DNA from: Octopus sinensis
Lineage: Eukaryota
Length of the DNA stretch: 64,000 nt
Assembly (NCBI RefSeq): GCF_006345805.1
Contig: NC_042997.1
Coordinates: forward strand, 186,930,001 to 186,994,000
Direction of reading: 5' to 3'
Below are positions 24,187 through 37,800 of this stretch, in pieces. The position numbers were made by a program, and so were the translations under genes. The notes under the pieces are model-generated. The model saw only the letters and a program-made list of their open reading frames with translations, made no database searches and was not told the DNA's origin. Numbering within the stretch: position 1 is the first letter of the stretch; every line of letters begins with the position of its first letter.

Positions 24187-24383
24187 ATTTAAATTATAAT
24201 TTAGGGTATCTAAGAGATAATTCCAAACTGGAAATAGCAGCCAAAACTTGACTCTAAAACCACATTAAATGTTCATACAGAACCAGGTGCTGTATGAACA
24301 TTTTATGTGGTTTTAGAGTCAAGTTTTGGCTGCTATTTCCAGGGTGGAGGTATCTCTTAGATACCCTAAATTATGATTTTAAT
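24187..24383. repeat. Near-perfect fold-back palindrome (94-nt arms, 9-nt loop)
   Basis: By-eye alignment gives about 7 mismatches in 94 nt; loop aaccaggtg at 24281-24289. Confidence 0.92.
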
Positions 24384-24494
24384 AATAATTATTATCTTTG
24401 AAGGTTTTTATTCCCATGCTGGCCACTTGATAAGATCGATATTTAAATTAACGATCTTATCCTTATTTATATAAATAAATAAATAGATATATAT

Positions 24495-24497
<3 letters not shown>

Positions 24498-24562
<65 letters not shown>
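24498..24562. repeat. (GA)n microsatellite
   Basis: Directly visible. Confidence 0.97.
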
Positions 24563-24565
<3 letters not shown>

Positions 24566-25018
24566 GTGTATGTGTGTGTTTTCTTAAAATGAAATGCTAC
24601 ATGACATAAGTGAATTCCTGTAGTCTTTGTGATTTTGCTGTGAAGATTATATTTTCTTTTACCAAATCTTCATCCCACTTGTTTCTTACTTTTGATGCAC
24701 AGAAACTAAGAGCCTGTATGTGTTGATCTTTTTCCTGTCTTGGGAATCATATAAGTTGATCAGAACATATTTCTTTGGCATTAATGCATTATATATGATA
24801 CACTTTCCCAATTTTTTTTTCTTTCAACCACCATAGTGAAAATTGAGACATATGAAAAGAAAGCTTTATATTACTCAGAATGTACGAAACACAGGTTAAC
24901 TAAAAGTTTGGAAACAAGTATGGACATTTTGGACAAACTTATGGAAATGTTTTGGACAGGCAAAAGGTTAATGGAACAATTTTATATAAGTGGAATTTAA
25001 GTTGAGCTATATGAATAT

Positions 25019-25410
25019 CCATCATCATCATCGTCGTTTAAAGTCCGCTTTCCATGCTAGCATGGGGTGGACGATTTTGACTGAGGACTGGTGAACCAGA
25101 TGGCTGCACCAGGCTCCAATCTTGATCTGGCAGAGTTTCTACAGCTGGATGCCCTTCCTATCGCCAACCACTCCGAGAGTGTAGTGGGTGCTTTTTGCAT
25201 GCCACCGGCACGGGGGCCAATCAGGCGGTACTGGCAATGACCTTGCTTGAATCTTTTTACACGTGCCACCGTCAAAGGTGCCAGTGAAGCAACATTGGTA
25301 ACGATCACGCTCGAATGGTGCACTTTTACATGCCACGGGTACGGAAGCCAGTTGGCTGCTCTGGCAACGATCACGCTCGGATGGTGCTTCTGGCACCCTA
25401 CTAGCACATG
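25019..25410 (-). mobile_element. RTE 3' UTR (family R) with (GAT)n tail
   Basis: Family match. Confidence 0.88.
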
Positions 25411-26804
25411 CACAAGTGCCATTGATCTGCTTATACAAGTAACTACTCACACTGAATATTGTAATTAGATTTAGGCATTTTCATTGAGAACATTTATCAG
25501 CAAAACATTGATTACACATGTGTCTCCTTTCTTATGTCTTACTTTTAAACTGCCATTTAATTTGAATTTGAGTTCTCTCCCTTGCTCTTTCTGACAAGAA
25601 ACCTCATTAACACTAATGTTTTTTTCTTTACAACGACCCACACAAGCATGGAAGAGTGGATATTAAAACGATCATAATGATGACAGTGTTGATATTTATT
25701 TTCAATTAATTAAAAATTCTGTTTTGGCTTCATTAAACACGTTAGCCTGCATTCAACATATTATACAAGAGTTCAAATTGAACATAAACCATATTAATCA
25801 TACACATTTACTCAATCTTTCAGTCAAGTGAGGCTTGAAAAGACTATTTATGCTGCTCTGCCTTAGACTAATAAAACAAAACACATACTGTCAATTAATA
25901 CTGGTGGGTGGGCTGAGGTGGAATGCTACTGCAAAGCATAGCAAAACAAACAGAAGGGAATAGAATAATGATAATGATAATAATAATGGTGGTGATGATA
26001 AGAAAATGGAGGAGGGGGCAGCGTATGCTATTTTTATATGTAGTTTATTTTACCTCATCTGTAAAGTAATTGACTATTTTATTGATCAGCTCCTGAAATA
26101 AATTTGGTAAATGGTTTTAAATTGAAAATTAACTAAAGTATTTTAACATATTGCTGTAAATAAATCTATTCAGAATATTGCATGTTAAGTTAAATACCTT
26201 GCTTCCAGTATATGTAAGAGGTAAAAATGTGAAAAAAAAAAAAAAAAAAAAAAAATTACATAAAAAATATCCACCCCCTTCCCCAGACAAACAAACCATC
26301 TGACAACAACAACACTGACAGCAACAACAACAACAACAAAAATGACAACTACAACAACAGCCTATTACTGTTGAACATTTTGAGTTTCGGATTGAATAGA
26401 TGTGCTCAAAAGAAAACTAGTATTTGAAATTCACAATTAAGCCTCTCTAATGAATGAACGTTTCTGAAAATATTTCTAAGTATTTTTGTTCATATGTTAC
26501 ATTCAGTTGAAATTAACTTTGATATACAATTTGTAACCTCTATCGTTTGAAAGAAGTTGATTTCTTGGTAAAACGTTGCAGTTAAAAAGCCTTAGAAAAT
26601 GTTTTCAACTTGTTCATGCTGCTATAAAGGAAAGGAATTTCAAAGCGTCTAATGAAACACAAAATAAAGAGAGAAACAAAAAAGACAGACAGAAATAAAG
26701 AAAGAAAGAAATGATCTTTAACATTTGTACACGAACACTTAATGTAGATGTGGTATAATTAATCTCAACTAAATATATGAAAGAGCCATAAGAGGAATTA
26801 ATTC

Positions 26805-27034
26805 TACTCTTTACTCTTTTACTCTTTTACTTGTTTCAGTCATTTGACTGTGGCCATGCTGGAGCACAGCCTTTAGTTGAGCAAATCGACCCCGGAACTT
26901 ATTCTTTGTAAGCCCAGTACTTATTCTATCGGTCTCTTTTGCCAAACCGCTAAGTGACGGGGACGTAAACACACCAGCATCGGTTGTCAAGCAATACTAG
27001 GGGGACAAACACAGACACACAAACATATACATAC

Positions 27035-27105
<71 letters not shown>

Positions 27106-27270
27106 TACGACAGGCTTCTTTCAGTTTCCGTCTACCAAATCCACTCACAAGGCATTGGCCGGCCCGAGGCTATAGCAAAAGACACTTGCCCAAGATACCA
27201 CGCAGTGGGACTGAACCCGAAACCATGTGGTTGGTAAGCAAGCTACATACCACACAGCCACTCCTGCGCC
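26805..27270 (-). mobile_element. SINE family A, full length
   Basis: Family match; internal (TACA)n(TA)n. Confidence 0.92.
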
Positions 27271-27734
27271 AAATTACATTTGTTTTTTTTTTTTACTGGT
27301 TTCAGTTATTCCACTGTGGCCATACTGGGGCACTGCTTTCAGTCATCTCAATCCCAGTAGTTATTTCAGTCTAGTCCTTAGTTTATCAATCTCTATTTGC
27401 TGAACTGCTACGTTTCTGGACATAAAGCAATACAAAAATCACTAGCTTTTTTCGATGACTGTAAGCATAAACACACACATCATGATCATCATCATCATCA
27501 TCATCATTGTTTAATGTCTGCCTTCTGGCCAGGCAGAAGCCTGCACCAGACTTCTGTGTCTGTTTTGGTGTGGTATTTTCAATTGGATGCCCTTCCTGAC
27601 ACCACAGTGGACTGAGTGCTTTTATGTGGTATATATATATAGGATAGTCCCCTCTCTACTAAACTCCACTCAAAAAGTGATGTCAAAGACACTTAAAGGA
27701 AGTGCAATACACAGGTACTAAACTAGGATCCATG

Positions 27735-27928
27735 TACTGGTTTCAAATTTTGGCACAAGGCCAGCAATTTTAAAGGAGATAGGTAAGTCGATTACATGTC
27801 ATACTCAGTGTTTGACTGGTTCTTATTTTATTGACCCTGAATAGATGAATTCAGAATGTAAAGACAGACAAAATGCTACTAAACATTTTGTCTAGTGTGC
27901 TAACGATTCTGCCAGCCCACTGCCTTAA
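27735..27928 (-). mobile_element. SINE family B, degraded
   Basis: Family match. Confidence 0.75.
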
Positions 27929-27944
27929 CCTGCAGCAATTTATT

Positions 27945-28262
27945 GAGTGATGTTTGGCTCAGTGGTAAGGGCATTGAGCTTATGAGCAAGAGGTTGAGAG
28001 TTCAATTCCTGGACAGGGCTGTGTGTTATTTTTTTGAGCAAGACACTTTATTTCATGTTGCTCCAATTTACTCATCTGTAGAAATGAGTTGTGATGTCAC
28101 TGGTACCAAGCTATATTGTCCTTCACTTTTCCCTTGGATAACATCAATGGCTTGGGGAGGCTTGTATGCATGGTCAACTGCTGGTCTTTCATAAACAACC
28201 TTACCTGGACTTGTACCTTGGAAGTGAACTTTCTAGGTGCAATCATATAGTCATTCCTGACC
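27945..28262 (+). mobile_element. SINE family D (tRNA head + ttgagcaagacac CORE-like block)
   Basis: A-box tggctcagtgg, B-box gagttcaattcc; related to 40973-41220. Confidence 0.7.
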
Positions 28263-28614
28263 ATTACTGCACCCATTGCATGCATATTTCAGATTTGTTG
28301 AGGGGGCAGTGTGAAGTTGTGTGATGGTGATCCCTTTCTCAGGAACATTTGTGGCAGTGATATTATTTAAACCCAGGTCAGCTCTAACTGAACAGTTCTA
28401 TGATCAAAAGTGTTCCAATCATTGCTAACTCATTTTTTTAGGGATATTTAAGACAACATTACCCAATGTGTCCTTCCATTTTTTAAGATAGTAAGTTGTA
28501 TTTGAAGGAGATTTAGCTGATATTTTTAGCAGATTCACTGACCACATTATGGCTTGAATATTGGTGATGTATGTGTTAGATGGCTTCAAATGGGAACCCT
28601 TTCTTTTAAAAAAT

Positions 28615-28834
28615 ACTGGTGATGGTACCATGTAAAAAGCACAGGTGTTGGTGCCACATATAAAGCACCCAGTACACTCTGTAAAGTGGTTGGCATTAAG
28701 AAAGGCATCCAGCTGTAGAAACCAAGCCAAAGTAGACAATGGAACCTGGTGCAGCCCCTGGCCTTGCCAGCCCATCAAAACATCCAACCCATGCCGGCAT
28801 GGAAAACTGACATTAAATAATGTTGATGATGATG
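28615..28834 (+). mobile_element. RTE 3' UTR (family R)
   Basis: Family match. Confidence 0.85.
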
Positions 28835-28894
28835 ATTGCAGAAAAAGTGTTAGTGTCTATGGCCTTCTTGGGCAGTCAGAGATTAGTGAGATTG

Positions 28895-29205
28895 AATGAG
28901 GCTGTTAACATTGTTTGAAGTGTTGTGAGTTGACAACTATAGAAAAAAAACCCAAAAAAACTTGCAAGGTGAGAATTCCAGAGAGATAACATTCTAGGGA
29001 AGCATTGGAAAAAGTAGGTGTTTCGGGGCCAGGGTGGGCCATGTTGTGTAGACACAATATGGACGTGGGGAGAGGTGAGAAAAGGAGAGACATGAGGTTA
29101 TTCGACTCTGATGAGCAGAGGTCATTGCAGCAGTGTTAGAAAAGGCAGAGTGTGGATAGAACGTGGGTGTGGGCCAGAAAATAGAGAAGGAATGTGAATG
29201 ACTTT
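28895..29205 (-). mobile_element. LINE ORF2 C-terminal fossil (CR1/jockey group)
   Basis: Patches LAHTHVLSTLCLF*HCCNDLCSSE and FFQCFPRMLSLWNS..VVNSQHFK resemble the CR1-type tail (RRxVxxLCLFY..FFPRTxxLWNSL). Confidence 0.65.
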
Positions 29206-29252
29206 TTATATATTACTTCTAGTTCTCAAAGAAATTCAAGATGACTACGATT

Positions 29253-29470
29253 TGACCCATGAGCATTCAGATTACTCTATCAAATGTAATAATTATTTAT
29301 CCACATTATATTGAATTGATCGTGCATTATCTTGTAGTTAAGTCATTTTCATGATGCTTAGTTTTAGATATACATTGTAGGGTAGGTGCGAGAGGTCAGA
29401 TCTGGCTAGTTTTAACATAAGACTGAATGTTTGGGCTGGATATGACTAGTTTAAGTGCTAAAATGGTTAA
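29253..29470. mobile_element. piggyBac-type MITE (second family), degraded
   Basis: Homologous to 13268-13475; ends ggttaa. Confidence 0.75.
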
Positions 29471-30051
29471 AAGGATTCAATACATGATTTATCATCATCA
29501 TCATCATCATTGTTTAACGTCCACTTCATATATACTTAACGTTCATATATGAACTTAAACACTGGAATTCATGAATACTAGTTGTAATGTCTTTATTAGC
29601 AACAATAATTAAAAAAAATTTTTTTAATGGATAAAGTGTTGTGAGAAGGAGAAAATGTTTCATATGTCATACAAGCAGTATCATTCATTTCTGTCTGATC
29701 ATGGAGAAATGTTACCTTGTTTGGAAACAGGTAAGGGTTGGCAACAGGAAGGGTATCTGGCTCAATAAACTCCATATGACCCTTGCAAGCATTGAAAAGT
29801 GGATGTTAAAATGATAATGAGGATGTGTCTTTGAATACACATAAGGTCACCATTATTATCGAACATGGTGTATAAAAATTCTTGTGACAACCAAAGGGTA
29901 AGTTAGCCTAGTGTAATCCATTTTCACCTTGGCTGTTGGCTACAGAGCCATAAATAAACTGAAATGGTTTAACAATGAGCTAAACATGTATTACTGATGC
30001 CACTCATAGGATAGGATGCTCATCTCTCAATCCCTTGTCTATGGCACTCAC

Positions 30052-30104
30052 CACTCTGTAGAGTACTAGTTCCATTAACAGAGTTAATAAATTCAGATAG
30101 TTTT
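30052..30104 (-). CDS. Weak candidate exon (phase 2 to 1)
   Basis: Strong donor GTG|gtgagt, weak acceptor tttaaacag; open frame KLSEFINSVNGTSTLQS. Confidence 0.2.
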
Positions 30105-31069
30105 CTGTTTAAATATGTACTTTATTTTTTTATATATAGATAGACCTTCCTGTGCTAACATTTATCATTATTAATGAGATTGAATTTTTTTTTCTTTTGG
30201 TAGGGAAGGGAAAATTTTCAATTATATTCTTTCAAATTGGAAATTATAGCTTTAATGTATAAGGGAAAAGAAGAAAGAAATTTTTAAATAAAAGAATGTC
30301 ACAATTTCTATAGTGTAGTCTTAATGGGTTGACAATATCAATAAATTTTAGATTACACTAGAGAATCAATAGCCAGGCATAATTTTATAAAATAATGGCA
30401 AATAAATAATAAACAAATAAATTGAAGGGGGAAAAAAGGGAATTATATGAAATGAATAAGTAAACAATCTTTAAGTTCAATAGACTGATGTAATTAGAAC
30501 AAATATAGAATATTTAAGTTTCCTTGAAAGACTGTTTACCATCTTTCTAAGTTTACAGAATATGAAATAACTGGAATGCAAGATGATATCTTGAGTATAA
30601 TTACATTTAAAGAGGTATATTATAGATTTTTTTTTATTTACTGACAACAAAATATATAAAATAACATTAAAAATTCTGTAAATCACAAATGATTTTCTTT
30701 TTTATAATAGACCATTGAAAGGCTAAATAAATGAAAATAAATCAAACTAAACAGAATATATCAAATTCATGTTAGTGCCAAGTAGTGTAACATAAATAAT
30801 TTGCTTTTCATTTTACAATTGAATGTTTGGTTTCTTTCTTTAAATAGTTCTGAGATTCTAGTATCTGAAGGTGTTGTCATGCTAAGAAAAAGCAGAAGCA
30901 TTTACTTGTAAAGACAATAATTTACAGATCCTGGTTTGGAAAGCAGTACCCCACAACTATACACCCACCTATCTGAATAAAAACACAATATCTACATGTA
31001 CTCTTAAATTCTTCTCAATGAGTAAAATCTATTTTTTTATTCTAGTTGAGTCAAGTCCATCTTCTATCT

Positions 31070-31235
31070 CAGTGGTTCTCACTTGGGGTCCATATGGCCC
31101 CTGAGGGTCCATATAATATTTTTGGGGGCCCATGCACCAAATGAGTAAATTGGGGGATCCACAATAGTATTTTAAGGGTCCCTGAAAAAAGTTTGCTTCA
31201 GATGTATGTATTGGTATGTATTGCAAGAAACTCCT
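31070..31235 (+). mobile_element. hAT-like MITE 5' end (truncated)
   Basis: Starts CAGTGGTTCTCA, a Charlie/hAT-type TIR; no matching right end seen. Confidence 0.5.
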
Positions 31236-31879
31236 CAGAACCCTAGAATTCTTGAATCAGGGTTTCACTATTGGATGTAGTTTAATGCCATGCCCCAGAC
31301 TAATAAATAGGGCAACAGACCCTTGATGATGGCTTGGGACTCAAAGAACCTATAGCATAGGCAGATTCTTTATTTAAATCTGCCTGACCTAAAAATCACA
31401 TTACATTAAAAACTATCATAATTGAAATCCTTTAGCTTTCTATCTCCATTTCTGGATCAAATATTGTACCTGTTCAAACCAACTGGATCCAACCTCTCAC
31501 ACTTATCCTACAGTGTCATTCTAGAAATATGCAATTATGAGATAATGCATGATTAATTTGAAACAATGTGAATAAAAAAAAAGGCATAATTATAGCAAAT
31601 TATAGCATGGCTTACAATGCGTTGCTTACCCATGCTTTTTAATTGAACTGAATTAATTATTTTTAAGCATCACCATTGTAGATATTTATATTCTGGTGAA
31701 ATTAAGAAATCAACTCGTAAATAAATGAAACCCTCGAATCTATCACTATACACTCACACATGCATGCATACACACACAATCACATGTGTCTATGCGCATA
31801 GGTACACCATGATCTATACACACGCAGATGAGGGTCGATTCATATGATAAAGAAAGAGAACAGAATAATATGACCACTT

Positions 31880-32060
31880 GCTTATTGGGGAATCTAACCA
31901 AATGTTCATCATTTTGAATGACTCACCTAAATGAGTATTTCTGCCAAATGTGGTGAAAATTTGTTCAGCTGTTTTCCAGTAGTTTTGTGAAAACCCAAAC
32001 AAACAGATAAAAATGATTAATTACGATACCCTTCTTTTGCTTACGCATTCAGGGTAATAA
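31880..32060 (+). mobile_element. Possible Helitron/Helentron-associated non-autonomous element 3' end
   Basis: ccaaatgtggtgaaaatttgttcagc..aaacaaacag..gggtaat pattern recalled from such elements. Confidence 0.35.
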
Positions 32061-32227
32061 AAATAATACATTATGATAAAGAACTTATTGTATACAGTAT
32101 TCAGGTGCACTACAACTCATTAGAAAAAGTGACCAAAACTATATAAACAGTTCATAGAATATGCACAAGAAGTGAACAGTGAAAAGGTCTTAAAAAAGAG
32201 AGGGGGGTGAAGGGGCCTCAGGTGTAC

Positions 32228-32586
32228 TCATCATCATCATCATTATCATTGTTTAACGTCCACTTTCCATGCTAGCATGGGTTGGATGGTTCAACTGGGG
32301 TCTGGGAAGCCAAGAGGCTGCACCAGGCCCAGTCTGATCTGGTAGTGTTTCTACAGCTGGATGCCCTTCCTAACGCCAACTACTCCATGAGTGTAGAGGG
32401 TGCTTTTTACATGCCACCGGCACAGGTGCCAGGTGAGGCTGGCAACAGCCACGATCAGTTGGTGCTTTTTATGTGCCACTGGCACAGAGGTCAGTCGAGG
32501 TGGCACTGGCAACGGCCACGTTTGGATGGTTCTTTTACATGCCACCGGCACTGGTATCACAACTGCAATTTCCATTGATTTTTGAT
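32228..32586 (-). mobile_element. RTE 3' UTR (family R)
   Basis: Family match. Confidence 0.88.
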
Positions 32587-33217
32587 CAGGAAGCATGAAA
32601 TTTTTGACGGATGTAGTGTGTTGACAGCTAATAACTGATGCAGGCAGTTTATTCCATACTTCAGCATTTGATTTTGTAAGCATGTGCATGAGTGTTAAAC
32701 ATATGGAATTCAAAAAGGTGCCCAAGGTTGTTGTTGGAAGATGGTAGATAATCTTGTGGGTGTTTACTAAGTCAGTTACCAGATGTTGGAGCTTTACATT
32801 ACATTTGACAGAGTAATCTAAATGCTAAAGAATTAAACAAACATGTATTGCAGAAAATCAGTTTCCACTACACTCACAGATGTAGACTGGATGGTGTAAA
32901 ATACTAAATAAGTAACGCAGTAGATTTAAATATAACTGCTTTGAATAGAAATTTAAATTTCAGAGCTCAGTTATGACAATAAAAATTTTCCATACTGTTT
33001 TTAGCCTCATCTGTTAGTGTTTTTGTTCACAAAATGTTTGATTGCTTCAGAACCAGTGTGAGACTGTATTTGAAAAGAGAATATTTATTCATAAGCAAGA
33101 AGTATTAATGTTCCACAATATTCTACCAGTGTATTGACATTAATTCCCTTCATTTACAAATTAAATCTCCATTTTCAAATCCATTCTCTGACAATGAATA
33201 TCTTTTTCTCTTTTTTT

Positions 33218-33618
33218 CTTTTTTACTTGTTTCAGTCATTTGACTGCGGCCATGCTGGAGCACTGCCTTTAGTCAAGCAAATCAACCCCAGGACTTATTC
33301 TTTGTAAGCCTAGGACTTATTCTATCAGTCTCTTTTGCCGAACCACTAGTTACGGGGACGTGAACACACCAGCATCGGTTGTCAAGCAATGTTGGAGGGA
33401 CAAACACAGACACACAAACATATACACACACATACATATATATATACATATGTACGACGGGCTTCTTTCAGTTTCTGTCTACCAAATCCACTGACAAGGC
33501 TTTGGTCGGCCCGAGGCTATAGTAGAAGACACTTGCCCAAGATGCCATGCAGTGGGACTGAACCCGGAAGCATGTGGTTGGTAAGCCAGCTACTTACCAC
33601 ACAGCCACTCCTGCGCCT
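33218..33618 (-). mobile_element. SINE family A, full length
   Basis: Family match. Confidence 0.92.
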
Positions 33619-34029
33619 AAATATATTGAGGAATAAAACACTGCTTATAGTCACAGATCATGCTGATTATATGAACATACAAATTGAAACACAAAAGTTG
33701 AGATTAAGATTCAAGAAAACTTTATGTTCATGTATGTTGATAATTAACTACCACACATCACATTGTAAAGATATTTATAAAACGAACATAATTCTAAATA
33801 CCAACATCTCTTCAAAGCAGATTTTTACAATAGAACCAGGTGCATATAAATGAAGAGAAACTATAGTTTCCTTAAGAAGTGATTATGAGGTACTTTAAAT
33901 TATTCTTCATCAGTGTTTCAAGTGGATTAATTATATCTATGGCTCAATCTCCTCCAACTTCTGGCATCTTTCACATATTGTAAACCAACAGACACTTACA
34001 GAACTTTGCTTATCTGAAATTTGTCATCC

Positions 34030-34742
34030 TCAACGCCTTAGCATTCAGATTACTCTATCAAATATAATGCTTATTTATTTGCATTATTTTGAATTAACCA
34101 TACATTATTTTGTAGCTAGAAGATTTCAATGATGTCATTGTTTATTTTAAGAAATTGAAATCGAAATCAAATTCGATGACTGGCATCTGTGCTAGTGGAG
34201 CGCTATGAGTACCATATGAGCGTGATCGTTGCCAGAGCAACAAAATAGCCTCCGTGTCGGTGGCATGTAAAAAGTACCATTCGAGTGTGATTGTTACCTG
34301 CATTTCCTTACTGGCACTTGTGCTGGTGGCACATGAAAAAACATTTGAGTGAGGTCGTTGCCAGTGCCGCTAGACTGGCTCCAGTGCAGGTGGCACATAA
34401 AAAGTACCATTTGAGCATGGCTGTTGCCAGTACTACCTGACTGGCCCTCGTGCAGGTGGCATGTAAAAGCACCCACTACACTCTTGGAGTGGTTGGTGTT
34501 AGGAAGAGCATCCAGCTGTAGAAAGTCTGCCAGATCAGATTGGAGCCTGGTGCAGCCATCTGGTTCACCAGTCCTCAGTCAAGTCGTCCAACCCATGCGA
34601 GCATGGAAAGCGGACATTCAATGATGATGATGATGATATTGTTATTGTAGGGTAGGTGTGAGAGTCTGGATCTGGTTAATTTGAACATAAAGCAGGTAGA
34701 ATATTTGGGTTGGACATGGCAAGTGTAAATGCTAAATGGTTT
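34030..34742. mobile_element. piggyBac-type MITE split by an RTE 3' UTR insertion (34151-34636, +)
   Basis: MITE left half at 34030-34150 and right half at 34640-34742 flank the R copy. Confidence 0.8.
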
Positions 34743-34904
34743 ATAATCTATACAAGACCAGGGCAGCAATTTCAATTTGATATTGACTTTTACTCATTTT
34801 CTTCATTCTTAGTTTTATGAGCTTTTGCTGCACTCATGTCAATATAATTTAGTATAAACATCTGTAAGTAAATGCTGAGGTTTTGATTATATATATATAT
34901 ATAT

Positions 34905-35257
34905 AGGTGCAGGAGTGGCTGTGTGGTAAGTAGCTTGCTTACCAACCACATGGTTCTGGGTGAAGTCCCACTGCATGGCACCTTGGGCAAGTGTCTTCTA
35001 CTACAGCCTCGAGCTGACCAAAGCCTTGTGAGTGGATTTTGTAGATGGAAACTGAAAGAAGTCTGTCATATATATATGTGTGTGCGTTTGTGTATCTGTG
35101 TTTACGTCCCCGTAACTTAGCAGTCTGGCAAAAGGGACCGATGGAATAAGTACTAGGCATACAAAGAATAAGTCCTGGGGTCGATTTCTTCAACTAAAGG
35201 TGGTGCTCCAGCATGGCCACAGTCAAATGACTGAAACAAGTAAAAGAGTAAAAGAGT
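34905..35257 (+). mobile_element. SINE family A
   Basis: Family match with internal deletion. Confidence 0.9.
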
Positions 35258-35825
35258 ATATATATATATATGTACTTCTTTCATTTGGCAGACATGTGTA
35301 AATAGCCTCAGCATAATCTGGTGATGTAGATAATAATTAAATCGGCATCTCCAGATATAGACGTGTTCAAGAAAAAGTTAATATTTGATATTTCTCAATA
35401 TATGATGATAATTGCTTTCAAACATTTTATTATTACTTCAAGTTGGTGCCTTGAAACCTGTAGAATTTGAAGATTTCTGGTTGTATACAATAAAGCAATA
35501 ACTGAAAACATCTCTAGATTATAACTTTATCTTCAAATATTTTATTGGTCCTTGGCAACATACTGGTGAGTATGCCCACCTGTCATGCAGGAGACCGGAG
35601 TTATTTTCCCTGCTGGCAGTGTCTCAGCTTGATCGGTTCGAGCACATAAAGAAATAAATGACATAATTTTGCCAAGGTTTGTAATTCAGATATGAGGGAG
35701 TTAATTGACTCCACATTTGTCTGGAACTTAATTTTTCTGAGCTTGGAGGAATTGAAAAGCAAATTTAGCCTCAGGAGGATTTGAATACAGAATGTAAAGA
35801 ACTGGGACAAATGTTGCTGAGACCA

Positions 35826-36393
35826 TAACCTCGTGGCCTATGCCAGGTGTGTAACTAGCCCACTTACGTGTACCTTTCCTTCATTGGACACTAAACTCTG
35901 CTTGTGAAGACCTGTTGAGGCAAGTGAAATCGAAATCAAAATTCAATGACTGGCATCCATGCTAGTGGAGCGCTAAGAGCACCTTCTGAGTGTGATTGTT
36001 GCCAGAGCAGCTAACTGGCTCCCGTGCCAGTGGCACATAAAAAGCACCATTTGAGAGTGATCGTTACCAGCGTCACCTTACTGGCACTTGTTCCGGTGGC
36101 ATGTGAAAAAGCATTCAACCGAGGTCGTTGCCAGTGCCGCTGGACTAGCTTCTGTGCAGGTGGCATGTAAAAAACACCATTTGAGCATGGCTGTTGCCAG
36201 TACCGCCTGATTGGCCCTTGTGCTGGCAGCATGTAAAAGCACCCACTACACTCTTGGAGTGGTTGGTGTTAGGAAGGGCATCCAGCTGTAGAAACTCTGC
36301 CAGATCAAAATTGGAGCCTGGTGCAGCCATCTGGTTTGCCAGTCCTCAGTCAAATCGTCCAACCCATGCTAGCATGGAAAGCAGACGTTAAAC

Positions 36394-36423
<30 letters not shown>
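35826..36423 (+). mobile_element. RTE 3' UTR (family R), long copy with internal subrepeats
   Basis: Family match; (GAT)n tail. Confidence 0.88.
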
Positions 36424-36426
<3 letters not shown>

Positions 36427-37511
36427 GTTCAATGTTCTTATGATTCTACCAATTTACCATTGTCTATCTAATTTTGCCCTCATGATAGTTGCAACACTAC
36501 TTTTGAAACACTAAAAATCAAAGTTGCTTTGATACAATTATTTGCCAAAAATTTACCTGCTGTCTGGTATTTATAACACTACATCTCACATCTTTTCAAA
36601 CTCCTTCATTCTTAGAAGACATTAAAAAAAAAGTGTTCAAGAACATCAAAATACTTGGCGTACCACTTTTTTGCTTTAATTTTCTCTACATCAGTTTATG
36701 AACCAATCAGTTTAAAGTTACTTGATAATTAATAAGCAACGCGAACAAAATAAACTTGTCTGGTGAGCAAATGCTAATCAAGCCAGGTTGTATATTGGAT
36801 ACTCTAGCAAGTAAATTAAATGGAATGCTGGCATATCACTGTATGTTGCTATGAAGTGTAAGTGTCATCAATAGCAGTGTGCTAGACTTTACTAAAATAG
36901 AAAGTGAGCGTGTCAAGAGTCAATAGGTGTTCACAGATATTATGAGTCAGAAAATGTATCATATCAATATTGTTGAACTCAAGAAGGATCATATTTCACA
37001 GCAAAATGTTAAGGTTTCATGTTTCAGTAAATAAAAAGGGTTGCTTTAAACTTGTAGGAAATGTTTGAGAGGATTTTGTTTTTTTATGAAAGGAAACCTC
37101 CTACAGTCTCCCACCTGCTGTAATCATTCAGGTGGAAGCAATGTTTTTTCTTTATTTATAATAATTTTTTTTACTGGAAATATTTATTCCATAGCTATAT
37201 TTGCAAATGTTATCAATTTCCAAACGAAACTATTTCCAATAACAACATGTAGAAATTAATAGTCAGGCAGACACAAGGTGCGGATGGAGATATTGAATTT
37301 GTTAAAATGATGTCATCAAGATTATTTTAAAAGCAAATTTTGCATCTCACAGACAAGTCACCAACACAACAGGTATCTTTTAATCACACAATTCTTCCCT
37401 TAACATAAACCCCTACCTAAATATAACCTGTAGCTATGAAAGATAGTTCTGATTTTGCATATTCATATTTTTTTATGTGTAAGCCGCCTACCATTATTAA
37501 TATTATTATTA

Positions 37512-37560
<49 letters not shown>

Positions 37561-37566
37561 TAATAT

Positions 37567-37800
37567 AAGGCGGCGAGCTGGCAGAAACGTTAGCACGCCT
37601 GGCGAAATACCTAGCTGTATTTCGTCTGTCGTTATGTTCTGAGTTCAAATTCCACCGAAGTCGACTTTGCCTTTCATCCTTTCGGGGTCGATATATTAAG
37701 TACCAGTTACGCACTGGGGTCGATGTAATCGACTTAATCCCTTTGTCTGTCCTTGTTTGTCCCCTCTACATTTAGCCCCTTGTGGGCAATAAAGAAATAA
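37567..37800 (+). mobile_element. SINE family B, full length, after an (ATT)n tract
   Basis: Runs from aggcggcgagctggcagaaacg to gggcaataaagaaataa; older B copies follow at 37838-38055 and 38100-38265. Confidence 0.93.

Noticed and set aside
29104-29160. CTGATGAG hammerhead-like core
   Set aside because: No stem II/GAAA geometry; it is the antisense of a LINE ORF2 fossil.
33850-33915. Minus-strand CTGATGA..GAAACTATAGTTT
   Set aside because: Stems I and II do not form; probably chance.
34151-34636. Regularly repeated gtggcatgtaaaaagcacc units resembling an array
   Set aside because: Internal subrepeats of the RTE 3' UTR in a eukaryotic genome; not CRISPR.
35516-35563. 48-nt plus-strand frame DYNFIFKYFIGPWQHT before a strong gtgagt donor
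   Set aside because: Weak acceptor; the resemblance to a Rab N-terminus does not extend to the P-loop.
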